Positions 9,201 through 15,506 of a stretch of DNA of 15,506 nt are shown here, piece after piece. The position numbers and the translations under genes were made by a program. Source of the DNA: Elusimicrobiota bacterium (GTDB lineage: Bacteria > Elusimicrobiota > Elusimicrobia > UBA1565). How positions within the stretch are numbered: the first letter of the stretch is position 1; the number at the start of each line of letters is the position of its first letter. Under the pieces are notes generated by a model, which was not told the DNA's origin, ran no database searches, and was given only the letters and a program-made list of their open reading frames with translations. The stretch is taken from assembly GCA_043819795.1 (NCBI GenBank), contig JBDREN010000146.1, positions 1-15,506 on the forward strand. Direction: 5' to 3'.

Positions 9201-12200
9201 GAGCTCGAAGACCGGGATCGGCGTGACCCCGAAGCCCGTGATGCCGAAGGAGGGCAGCCAGCCCACGCCCGCGGCCGTGAAGTTGTTGCCGATGTGGATG
9301 TCGGCGTAGAACTTCTGGATGCGGTGGGCGTTGGCCCGCGTCATGTGCTCGGCGGCCTGCTGGCGCAGCCCGATCTCCGAGATGCTCCGGGAGTTCCGGC
9401 CGGCGATGTCGAAGGCCTCCTGGAACGAGCCCACGCGCTCGGAGGCGCCGGAGCCCTGGCGCGGCCGGGCGAAGGAGGCGTCGAGCTGCGACCAGCCCGC
9501 CGCGAGCGCGGCCTTGGACTCGGCCCTGAGGATGTTGGAGACGTACCAATGCCACTGCCCGAAGGATTCGCGCAGGCGGCTCTCGGGCACCAGCCCGTTG
9601 CGGTAGGCCCGGATCGCGTCGGCGAGCGCGTCGGCCGAGCGCGCGACCTGGGGGCTCAGGGTCCGGGCGCCGGAGGACCAGAAGCGCGCCTCCGCCAGCT
9701 CCTGGCGGGCGCGGAGGCCGTATTCCTCGTGGACCTCCAGGATCTCCTGGACCGTCGCCTCGCCCTCCAGCTTATAGGCGTTGTTCCGATCGCCGGAGAC
9801 GGGGTCGTAGATCGGCACGCGCAGCGTGACGCCCGCGCCCAGGACCTGGTTCGACAGGTGGTCCTGGATCTGCGTCCCGAAGGAGAGCGTCAGCCGCTCG
9901 ATGAACGGGATCCAGTCCATGAGGTTGAAGGGCTCGGGGCCCATCTGGGCCTCGATCTCGTCCTGGTCGAGCGTGTGCAGCACTTTCCCCAGCCGGTCCG
10001 GCGTCTGAGTGAGCGAGTGGATTTCGGCCAGCAGGGCCTTGAGCTCGCCCGCGCTCAGGTTATCGAAGGGCAGCTCTTCATAAGGAGAGCGCCCCGAAAG
10101 CATGTTGTAGCGGATGCTCGCCTGGTCGAGGCGGAGCTTGGCTTCGCTCTGCTTGGCCGCGCCCTCGCGCCGCAGGGCCTCGGTGGGCGCCCGCTCGGCC
10201 ATGAAGCCGGCCATCTTCAGTTCCCACTGGGCCTGGGCGATCTCGGTCACCGTCTCCTGCCACTGCTTGGTCAAATCGAGCATGCGGAACTGCAGCCGCA
10301 GCGACTCGCGGTAGAGATGCTTCATCTTCGCGTCGATGAGCTGCTTCTGCCCGCGCGTGAGGGTCAAAGACGTGTAGGTCCCCGCGACCGGCCCGCCGCC
10401 GATGGCCCGGTCCGCGGGGGCATCCCCCACCGGGTTGGTCACGAACCCCACCATGCCCTGGATGCGGGTGTTGTCCGCGAAGGCGCCGGCCTTGCGCAGC
10501 TCCCGGATCTCCTTGGCGAGGGTCCCGATGTCCTGCTTGACGAGCTTCATGCCCACGTCGCGCATGAAGACCGCGCGCAGCTCGGAGACCCGGGTGTCGT
10601 CCTCGCCTTCCTTGAAGAAATCGTCGAGCTCCTGGTTGTAGGCCTTGAGCGCGTCGGCGCCCTGGAGGCCCTCGGCCGTGCCCTTGACGACCGAGCTCCA
10701 CAGCTGGCCGAGCGTGAACGAGGAGTTCATGCTGATCGTCAGCCGGTTGGGCCGGCCCACGTAGCGCGATCCGTAGCCCGCCGACACGTTCGAGTAGTCG
10801 CCGAGCTTCTTGGAGGCCTGCAGGTAGTAGGTCCTCGTGTCGCCGAGGATCCGGCCCTCGCCGCTCAGCACGATGCCCTGGTTCGGCAGGGTCATGGACA
10901 CCCGGCCGGAGAGCGTGTTGTACTCGGTGCCCGCCTCCGCGCCGGCCTTCGCCGAGAGCACCATCCACGGCTCGCCGGAATCGTCGCGGAAGGTGAATCC
11001 CTTGAGGACCGTCACGCCGTAGGCGTCCTGGTTGTAGTCGTCGGTCCCTTCCTGGCGGGCCCAGTGGAGGTCCACGGTGAAGGCGTCGTCGGAGCCGATG
11101 AGCCTGGCCACGTCGAAGCTCGGGCCGATCTGCGTGCGCACGTAGCGCTTGTTGTCCCCGCGGGACTCGATGACCCAGTCCTTGTTGAGCTCCTTGTCCA
11201 GGTCCGTGAAGTCGAGGTTCATCTTCTGCATGAAGAACCGCGGGTCGTTGGCGTACATCCGCTGCTGCTCGGCGTTGAGCCGCATGACCTCGGTGAACTT
11301 GAGCGAGGTCTTCGCGCTGCCGCCGAACATGTGGGGCTTGTTGAAGGTGTCCTGGGTCGCGAAGTCCCCGAAGCCCGTCAGCGCGACGTAGAGGCGGTCG
11401 CCGAAGAGCATCATCGCGAAGTCGTCGAAGAGCATCATCCGGCTCTGGCGCGCCGTCGAGTCCATCTTCATGTCCGCCGGGATGTCCTGGAGGAAGCGGT
11501 GGAAGTCGACGTTCAGGTAGTTGACCCAGTTGGAGCCCTGGAGCGACTCGACCTGGACCTCGATGCCCTTGTCGCCGTAGGGGGCGTTGCGCTCGGTGGG
11601 AGGGCTCCCGAACTGGTAGCCGGTCACGCTGATGTTGTTGCCCCAGAGCTGGGCGATGTTGCCCAAGGTCACCCAGTTGCTGGTCTCCAGGGTGTGCGGG
11701 ACCGCGAACTGCGTCTGGTAGACCAGGTAGAATCCGTCGGCGTCCCCGAACTCCAGGATCTGCGAGCCGGGCAGGACGTTCGTCAGCGAGCGCGGGTCGT
11801 CGAGCAGGCGCTGGCGCAGCTCGCCCAGGTCCCTGGTCGAGGAAGCGCGCTTGAGGATGCTGGAGAAGATCGTATCGACGAACCTGCTGAAGTCGCGCTT
11901 CGGCACGATAATGGCCGAGGCGTCGCCATCGGAGCCGGCGGGCAGGTGCCAGCTGCCTCCCTTGATCCTCAGAGCCTCGATGCGCTGGCGCAGGCGCGGG
12001 TCGAGGCTGGCCGGGTCGTCGAGCGCCCTCAGCTCCGCGGCCAGCCTCTGCTGGGAGTCGTCGGTGCGGCCGAGCGTCCACTCCAGGGACTGCTCGGAGC
12101 GCTTGAAGCGGGCCTCGAGGTCCCGGAACCGGATGTTCTGCTCGAGGACCGCCTTCGTCTTGTCCTGGATCTTACGCATGTCCTCGGCCACCCGCTTGAG

Positions 12201-15200
12201 CGCGCTCTCTTCCTTGGGGTTGAGCTGACCGAGCCAATTCTCGACGTCCCGGCGCTGGTCCTGGAGGTCGTCGAAGGTCTTCTTGAGCGCGTCCTTCATC
12301 TCCAGGATGGCGTCGAGCTCGTTGTCGGCCACGGTGCCCGAGTTCTCGTAGAGGTCCCGGGTCGCGTCGTAGTAGGTGCCCATCTGGTCGATGGTCTCGA
12401 AGGAGTCGTTGTCCCAGCCGATCTGGGTGCCCCAGAAATCGATGCCCTCGCGAGTGATCGCGTTGAGCTGGCCGAAGATGCTCAGCTTCCGGTCCACCAC
12501 GGCGTCGGCGGACTCGGTCGTACCGTCGGAGGCGGCGTAGGCGGAGTCCTTATCGAGGTCCGTGAGGGCGTTCTCGAGCCCCGCCTGGGCCCGGGCCAGG
12601 AAGTCCCGGGCGAAGGGGACCTTCACGCTGAGGCTCTCCTCGGCGGCCTCCACCACGCCGTCCGAGTAGAGGAAGCGGGCCACCGCGTAGGCCGCGGCCG
12701 CGCTCTCGAGCTCCTGGTTCGTGGAGGGCACCAGCCGCTTGGCCGTCTCGAGCGCCAGGAGGGCCACCATGGTATTGTCGTCCACCTTGAGCGGATCCTG
12801 CTCGCCCTGGGGGACGGCCATCTCGTCTCCGTCGCCGCCCATGCTCACGGATTCGCCCTTGTCCTTGTACTCGTTGCCGATGTCCGTCAGGAGGTCGCCG
12901 AGGGTCTGGTAGACCTTGTCGTCGATCAGGGCCTTGATCCGGTCCACGCTGGCCTGGCTCTCGGCGTCGATCCCGTCCGGCAGGTTCCACGAGCGCAGGT
13001 TGAAGCGGCCCTCGGTCAGCTGGTCGATCCGCGCCAGGATGCCGTTGATCTCCACGTGCTGGCGGTTGATGTCGCCGGTGCGCAGGCGCTTCTCGGCCGT
13101 GTACTGCGAGATCTTCTTGGGCAGGCTGTAGGGCTGGGGCTGCCCGTAGACGTCTTCCATGTCGGTATTGTTGGGATCGGTGCGCCGCCGGAGGTCGTCG
13201 ATGTGATCGAGCACGCCCTCGTGGTAGCCCTTCTCGTCGGTGTAGCCGTTCAACAGGTCGTTGAACTTGTCGCGCATCGCCCCGATGTTGGCCTCCGCCG
13301 CGGCCGCGTCCCCGTCTTTGGCGCCCCAGGTGGCCAGGGCCCACGGCAGGGTCCGGTCCAGGGCCTTCTCTATTCCTTCATAGAGCGTGATCTGGCCGTC
13401 GAAGAGCTTGGCCCAGGTGTCGCCGGTGGGGCTGTAGGAGTCGATCGTATCCTGCTGGTAGGGGATCGCGTGGGTCGAGATGACGCTCTTCGCCTCGACG
13501 AGCACCGGCTGCAGCCGGTTCAGAAGAGCCAGCTTGCGGTCCACCAGGGCCTGGTTGGCGGCCAGAGACGGAGTGCCTCCCTGCACGAAGGCCACGTCCG
13601 CGTCCACATCGTCGATGACTGCCTGGACCGCCTCCACGACGTTCTCGTAGAGGGCCACGCTCTGAGGGACCGGGGAGGCGAGCGCCTCTTGGATGGTCTC
13701 CACCGTGGCGTCGGCCTTGGACCAGCCGATCACGGCCCGCCCGGCCTGCGGCAGCAGGCGCCCTATAAGGAACAGCGCCATCTTCGCGTTGAAGTTCTCG
13801 GGGGTGAACTCGCTCGGGAAGGTGATCCCCGTGATCTTGTCCGGATAGGCCTCGATCGCGTCCTGCATGGCCTCGAGGTCCCGCCCGGAGAGGGCCGGCA
13901 GGTCCGCGCCGGGCACCACGCTCATGATCTCGGCGGCCGCCGCGTCGATGCGCGCCGTCAGCTGGCCGGCCTCGCCGCTGTAGCGGCTGACGTCGCCCTG
14001 CGCCTCGGCGAGCCTCTTCGGGAGCGAGAGGGGATGCGAGTCGCCGAAGTCGTCGTCCTCGGTGCCCGAGTAGGAGGCGTCCAGGCGGTTGCGGAACTCG
14101 TCGAGGTCCTCCTGGTAGTTCGCCAGCTCGTTCTGCCAGTGGGTCTTGCGCTCCGAGAGCAGCTGCAGCGTCGTGGACGCGTCGGGGTTGGTGACGTTGA
14201 ACTCGGGCTCGCCCGGGACCGCGAGGACCAGCACGCCCGCGAACTCGAGCGGGGCCGAGGCCACGTCGCTCAGGCCGTCGTTCACCGTCTGGATGTAGTC
14301 CTCGATGTCGGCCAGCTTTTCCTGGAGCTCCTTGAGCGAGAGGAAGTCCTCGTCGCCGGGCTTGCCGTTGGTGCTCCACTCGACGAGCTTCGGCAGCTCG
14401 GCCTTGCGCCGGTTGTACTCGCTGAGGGCGTCCCCACTATCGTGCGCGTCCTTGCCGTCGATGTCGCTCAGGAGCGCGCTGACCTCGGTGCGGAAGGCGC
14501 TGATGCGCCGGACCGCGAGCTCCGTCTGGTCCGAGAGCTCCTTCATGTCCTTCTGCGAGGCCGTCTTCTCGGCGATATCGTCGCGGACCTTCTGGCGGAA
14601 CTCCTCGGAGCGCTGCCGGTTGGCCTCGGTCTCGGCGAGGTCCCGGCCGGCCTGGTCCCGCACGCCGCGGATCCTCTCGAGCTTGCGGTCGAGCATCTGC
14701 TGCATCTCGAGCAGGGCCTTCTGCGCGGCGTCGATCGTGTTCAGCGAGAACGCGAGGTCCATGACCATCGCCAGCCGCGAGACGTTCTTGTGGAACTCGA
14801 GCATCTCCCCGCCGCCGCGCCGCTCGCGCAGCGCCAGGTTCCGGGTCCGGGCCACGGCCGCCAGGAGCTTATCGAGCGCGTCGCGGTTGGCCAGCGCCCC
14901 GCGCGTCTCGTCGCGCAGGCCCTCGAGCTCCGAGACGATCGGCTCGATGCGGCCCTGGGCCTCTTCGTCGAGCCGGGTCCGCGGCGCCGGGGCCTTGCGC
15001 CCGTCCACGGGGCCGCGCTTGTAGTCGACCAGGGCCTGCTCGACCGCCTTCATGACCGCGAGCTTCGTGCCGAGGGAGTCCTGATACCCGGGGTTCTCGG
15101 TCTCGGTGGGCAGCAGGCTCTCGTAGTAGGTCTCCAGCTCCTTTAAAGCGCTCAGGACGTCCTTGCCCGCCGCGGGCTTCCCGGCGGCCAGGTCGTGGAT

Positions 15201-15506
15201 CTCGGCCAGCTTCGAGAGGACGTACTCTTCGTCGCGCTTCTCGCCCAGGAGCCGCAGGGTCTCCTGATAGGCCTTCTCCTCGTCGGGGTCTACGGGCTCG
15301 CTGTTCTCATCGAGCCAGGACATGTGCTGCTGCCGGCCGTCGATCTGGGCGTGCAGCAGCTCGATGCGCCCGCGGACGCCCTCGAGCTCGCGCTCGATGT
15401 CGCCGGCGCCGCGCCTGGCCCGCTCGGCCCGGGCCCGCATGGCCTCGGGCGTGTCCAGCTTGAAGCGGTTGTCCTCGCGGCGCGCCGTGTGGCCGGCCGC
15501 GCCCAC
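3243..15506 (-). CDS. Giant multidomain envelope protein (at least 4087 aa, probably 5'-truncated by the window) with helical repeats, a beta-barrel-like block, tandem TolC/OEP-like repeats and a C-terminal TM anchor
   Basis: Uninterrupted 12.26-kb frame ending in TAG at 3243-3245. Third codon positions are strongly G/C-biased, and the amino-acid composition is natural with recognisable structural motifs. The listed GTG start coincides with the window edge and no signal peptide is visible, so the true start is probably upstream. Confidence 0.93.
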   Translation of the reverse strand: MGAAGHTARREDNRFKLDTPEAMRARAERARRGAGDIERELEGVRGRIELLHAQIDGRQQHMSWLDENSEPVDPDEEKAYQETLRLLGEKRDEEYVLSKLAEIHDLAAGKPAAGKDVLSALKELETYYESLLPTETENPGYQDSLGTKLAVMKAVEQALVDYKRGPVDGRKAPAPRTRLDEEAQGRIEPIVSELEGLRDETRGALANRDALDKLLAAVARTRNLALRERRGGGEMLEFHKNVSRLAMVMDLAFSLNTIDAAQKALLEMQQMLDRKLERIRGVRDQAGRDLAETEANRQRSEEFRQKVRDDIAEKTASQKDMKELSDQTELAVRRISAFRTEVSALLSDIDGKDAHDSGDALSEYNRRKAELPKLVEWSTNGKPGDEDFLSLKELQEKLADIEDYIQTVNDGLSDVASAPLEFAGVLVLAVPGEPEFNVTNPDASTTLQLLSERKTHWQNELANYQEDLDEFRNRLDASYSGTEDDDFGDSHPLSLPKRLAEAQGDVSRYSGEAGQLTARIDAAAAEIMSVVPGADLPALSGRDLEAMQDAIEAYPDKITGITFPSEFTPENFNAKMALFLIGRLLPQAGRAVIGWSKADATVETIQEALASPVPQSVALYENVVEAVQAVIDDVDADVAFVQGGTPSLAANQALVDRKLALLNRLQPVLVEAKSVISTHAIPYQQDTIDSYSPTGDTWAKLFDGQITLYEGIEKALDRTLPWALATWGAKDGDAAAAEANIGAMRDKFNDLLNGYTDEKGYHEGVLDHIDDLRRRTDPNNTDMEDVYGQPQPYSLPKKISQYTAEKRLRTGDINRQHVEINGILARIDQLTEGRFNLRSWNLPDGIDAESQASVDRIKALIDDKVYQTLGDLLTDIGNEYKDKGESVSMGGDGDEMAVPQGEQDPLKVDDNTMVALLALETAKRLVPSTNQELESAAAAYAVARFLYSDGVVEAAEESLSVKVPFARDFLARAQAGLENALTDLDKDSAYAASDGTTESADAVVDRKLSIFGQLNAITREGIDFWGTQIGWDNDSFETIDQMGTYYDATRDLYENSGTVADNELDAILEMKDALKKTFDDLQDQRRDVENWLGQLNPKEESALKRVAEDMRKIQDKTKAVLEQNIRFRDLEARFKRSEQSLEWTLGRTDDSQQRLAAELRALDDPASLDPRLRQRIEALRIKGGSWHLPAGSDGDASAIIVPKRDFSRFVDTIFSSILKRASSTRDLGELRQRLLDDPRSLTNVLPGSQILEFGDADGFYLVYQTQFAVPHTLETSNWVTLGNIAQLWGNNISVTGYQFGSPPTERNAPYGDKGIEVQVESLQGSNWVNYLNVDFHRFLQDIPADMKMDSTARQSRMMLFDDFAMMLFGDRLYVALTGFGDFATQDTFNKPHMFGGSAKTSLKFTEVMRLNAEQQRMYANDPRFFMQKMNLDFTDLDKELNKDWVIESRGDNKRYVRTQIGPSFDVARLIGSDDAFTVDLHWARQEGTDDYNQDAYGVTVLKGFTFRDDSGEPWMVLSAKAGAEAGTEYNTLSGRVSMTLPNQGIVLSGEGRILGDTRTYYLQASKKLGDYSNVSAGYGSRYVGRPNRLTISMNSSFTLGQLWSSVVKGTAEGLQGADALKAYNQELDDFFKEGEDDTRVSELRAVFMRDVGMKLVKQDIGTLAKEIRELRKAGAFADNTRIQGMVGFVTNPVGDAPADRAIGGGPVAGTYTSLTLTRGQKQLIDAKMKHLYRESLRLQFRMLDLTKQWQETVTEIAQAQWELKMAGFMAERAPTEALRREGAAKQSEAKLRLDQASIRYNMLSGRSPYEELPFDNLSAGELKALLAEIHSLTQTPDRLGKVLHTLDQDEIEAQMGPEPFNLMDWIPFIERLTLSFGTQIQDHLSNQVLGAGVTLRVPIYDPVSGDRNNAYKLEGEATVQEILEVHEEYGLRARQELAEARFWSSGARTLSPQVARSADALADAIRAYRNGLVPESRLRESFGQWHWYVSNILRAESKAALAAGWSQLDASFARPRQGSGASERVGSFQEAFDIAGRNSRSISEIGLRQQAAEHMTRANAHRIQKFYADIHIGNNFTAAGVGWLPSFGITGFGVTPIPVFELKSAELAELQKAQGEQHEEYYRNLQTRLEADLAVSFFQNIATWERARDAERLLNAEIIPRLEADLRAAQRRAGDGDSRGEAPRLQRELDQARRRLHVTQLAGEQAKASLNYLLGRPEGAELHIGISAEQALADLEAILAQKRPEAADGAILDARVKVARAVELIIDKGMKVEELYLEPVSLAVRSLGRLMKALSEETIGDPDLMAAARVQTLEAERAQSAYEGDLAARRAQLNAELDAVEQASEAAKSRTDAASRLDEIERSAKSLNLRAALARLGEAPAQEGPNALPRSYHKLEQALMDAEQSLASAGREPEVEAFEPELRRGRVAGNFRYYYAHTSLGFDKINEHFIDSWVEFRMRSMETPPEVLMALAELRMDKADRVHRNDAAAARSRAGILLSQFETNVRLLRWAEEFSQGPREPQGSRAERDFETFKHGIKGRLDVQAARIKALLGLPAETTVSDIARLLPKDRSGESQDIRRVAKRFVDEVEALRIDQIRRTIFEDGVPESFGNEDGLIHQIRADVIAERMSYKGFTPVAAFGIFRAQGVGGLFFEAPDPRSIEQGLERVLSDSVRRELQSQGRMQGLALRLHLLMSSVKERATLVERQNALVEAAQEDYFSAVARAQDGLIDQDELLSAQDALVGAWIELSGSMAQLKNDFIELVTELEAVGYAEERLLNLPAGTQELSGAALFSNRMDALLDYGAGRMLDEEFAGRLGAALRGAPGIDAEAVRLLLDEAQTYRKMRRDAEIVRHSGSFGAAERLKLLTQADVEGRRERVRARLGALLSAARADPASRQSVLGVLMRDLEGRIEGAADFQQSEMADLSGIRRHIIEEVFTLDASPDPRGPMAGVDAETRFAVRGALERIEVLRGERLASRQALLESYVGNKYKSAGSGRLSPTDFIMRDAALDEYLKAVEAYDAEVVKLFAMPEVRGNERMVRSLNGLLSVRETLRRQVALANHGRGMLAIDSLIMLEEARLAARRFERAPAPQLREASDALRRLVELRGRWASGEVSGLAPLYAVVETDAQGRRTWSAAEWYTRDQLGRLGDLETDESGRTWLKARAGEKVRHEVIAGVDAAAAVSAFAREALETNKARLGLGEVFEKHEFAAVSLDGSGARGMSYEEAERLSRSGRAFYFSREADRSGLRPAGHPLKSLWDDPAGVETILYLGDEDISHDAFPTRESLSAHLDRLGAGEAADFARLEAGPKGVAKMIEYAAEHERRARTVGWIGVKLQSYGYAVDADGRPRVLILTQEEFDQEVKALQNSPATFRQAQNLLEKANAAEAAARARRDAQKELTDAEGKRHQLIEAEARARFERDVEQELPRLPGETEADHQARVKAELHKRVVEDGRYKAAQRAFSAQLEKFNKLDEAHLSTRREADKALRAFKGSGRLIAHAGHWQALGADYMAALEAAGVDERSREREQAELSATSPMRLFVSRDTAFHFDARGGLARVTGLPVFGRGALDERIGLAEAPVTKHSGELFGAVLDRDASAVRLYWDMDSLEKAAEGWTIEDVHVTPAADGKSRPARYVDGGVEIDPNYRLKRYIDPAAGANGLPVMLSRRYFIARLTDAGREQQKAKGYGTKLSNWSNIIGEIPGGILRTPVELLTGRDPNQHHFLGRAHMYKFEGGATNHQGPLHKVAHFIDILDLLPDPVNWYFDANQFPDKVRLDSAILPHQNIYGKNARSDDKDIHFGRPSLDRAIVHRTEDLLNASRGVLSYFEGGVRTTWIEQRRGRAPALDSDASALMYQTSRVTERTGIEAIEDALRDGAVATDPDSYTGERPVRLSGSPGHIAVDRVERRVLLRPGAYQYGRIVENLKGFPQRIEDQERAARDRAPALERASERAQSDLASKREELGRARSQEGELWGAAHPMAWRIGAQRALEAEMSRAQAELERLSEELLAEQRRLKELADELKQERRRERREQSPFKRFPWLPWAAAAVVMAALLAAVWEWLRRRTESLLAPIDQPAAPARQTA
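3303..3377 (-). other. C-terminal transmembrane helix with basic stop-transfer residues (within the giant CDS)
   Basis: WLPWAAAAVVMAALLAAVWEWL-RRR followed by a 19-aa tail; the only long hydrophobic stretch noticed in the visible protein. Confidence 0.8.
7194..10559 (-). other. Region encoding about six tandem TolC/outer-membrane-efflux (OEP)-like half-repeats (aa ~1650-2771)
   Basis: Recurring helix / beta-hairpin / long-helix pattern with OEP-like motifs: RYNMLSG, GAGVTLRVPIYD, AYRNGLV, SFQEAFDIAGRNS, LNYLLGRP, ALARLG, IKALLGLP, DGLIDQDELLSAQDAL. Confidence 0.68.
10707..11735 (-). other. Region encoding a putative outer-membrane beta-barrel (aa ~1258-1600)
   Basis: About 15 or more short amphipathic strands rich in Gly and aromatic residues: NISVTGYQF, GIEVQVES, YLNVDFHRF, LYVALTGFGDF, FGGSAKTSLKF, FTVDLHWAR, YGVTVLKGFTF, LSGRVSMTL, IVLSGEGRI, YYLQASKKL, VSAGYG, LTISMNSSFTL. 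Confidence 0.62.
12345..14115 (-). repeat. Protein-level tandem duplication of a ~300-350 aa helical module in the giant CDS
   Basis: Colinear motif pairs: DDFGDSHPLSLPKRL / DVYGQPQPYSLPKKI (900 nt apart), GRLLP / KRLVP, IDDVDADVAF / LTDLDKDSAY, QALVDRKL / DAVVDRKL (1047 nt apart), LFDGQITLYE / YYDATRDLYE. Boundaries are approximate. Confidence 0.75.

Noticed and set aside
4264..14379. Long alternative-frame minus-strand ORFs (e.g. 10078-12081, 4936-6087, 13378-14379) and short + strand ORFs inside the giant gene
   Set aside because: Their R/P/G/A- or S/R-rich low-complexity translations are what off-frame reading of high-GC coding DNA produces.
3564..15146. 3860-aa + strand ORF overlapping the giant gene
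   Set aside because: It is in exact codon register antisense to the real gene. It stays open because TTA, CTA and TCA codons are nearly absent in this GC3-rich gene, and it ends at a rare TTA codon (15144-15146). The translation (rich in L, V, G, R, H, with no motifs) is a typical shadow ORF.
15504..15506. GTG at the window edge as the true start of the giant gene
   Set aside because: It coincides with the window boundary, no upstream stop or RBS is visible, and the N-terminal residues are not signal-peptide-like.

Overview
The window has three parts. (1) 3-2109 is a complete ~2.1 kb insertion sequence with perfect 43-bp terminal inverted repeats and a 572-aa DDE transposase (IS4-superfamily/IS1634-like). 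It has inserted into, and truncated, a small lower-GC minus-strand gene starting at 2330. (2) About 2340-3240 is a probably non-coding stretch with a 24-bp tandem repeat, a 27-bp inverted repeat built from 9-bp units, and a nested set of complementary segments that could fold into a long RNA. (3) 3243-15506 is the 3' part (at least 4087 aa, open at the window edge) of a giant, very GC-rich minus-strand gene. By eye its product contains duplicated helical modules, a ~340-aa outer-membrane beta-barrel-like block, six tandem TolC/OEP-like half-repeats, unknown domains, a coiled coil and a C-terminal transmembrane anchor. The six half-repeats would amount to a whole TolC trimer in one polypeptide. 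This possible single-chain trans-envelope channel is the most interesting signal. All domain calls come from manual motif reading, not database searches.
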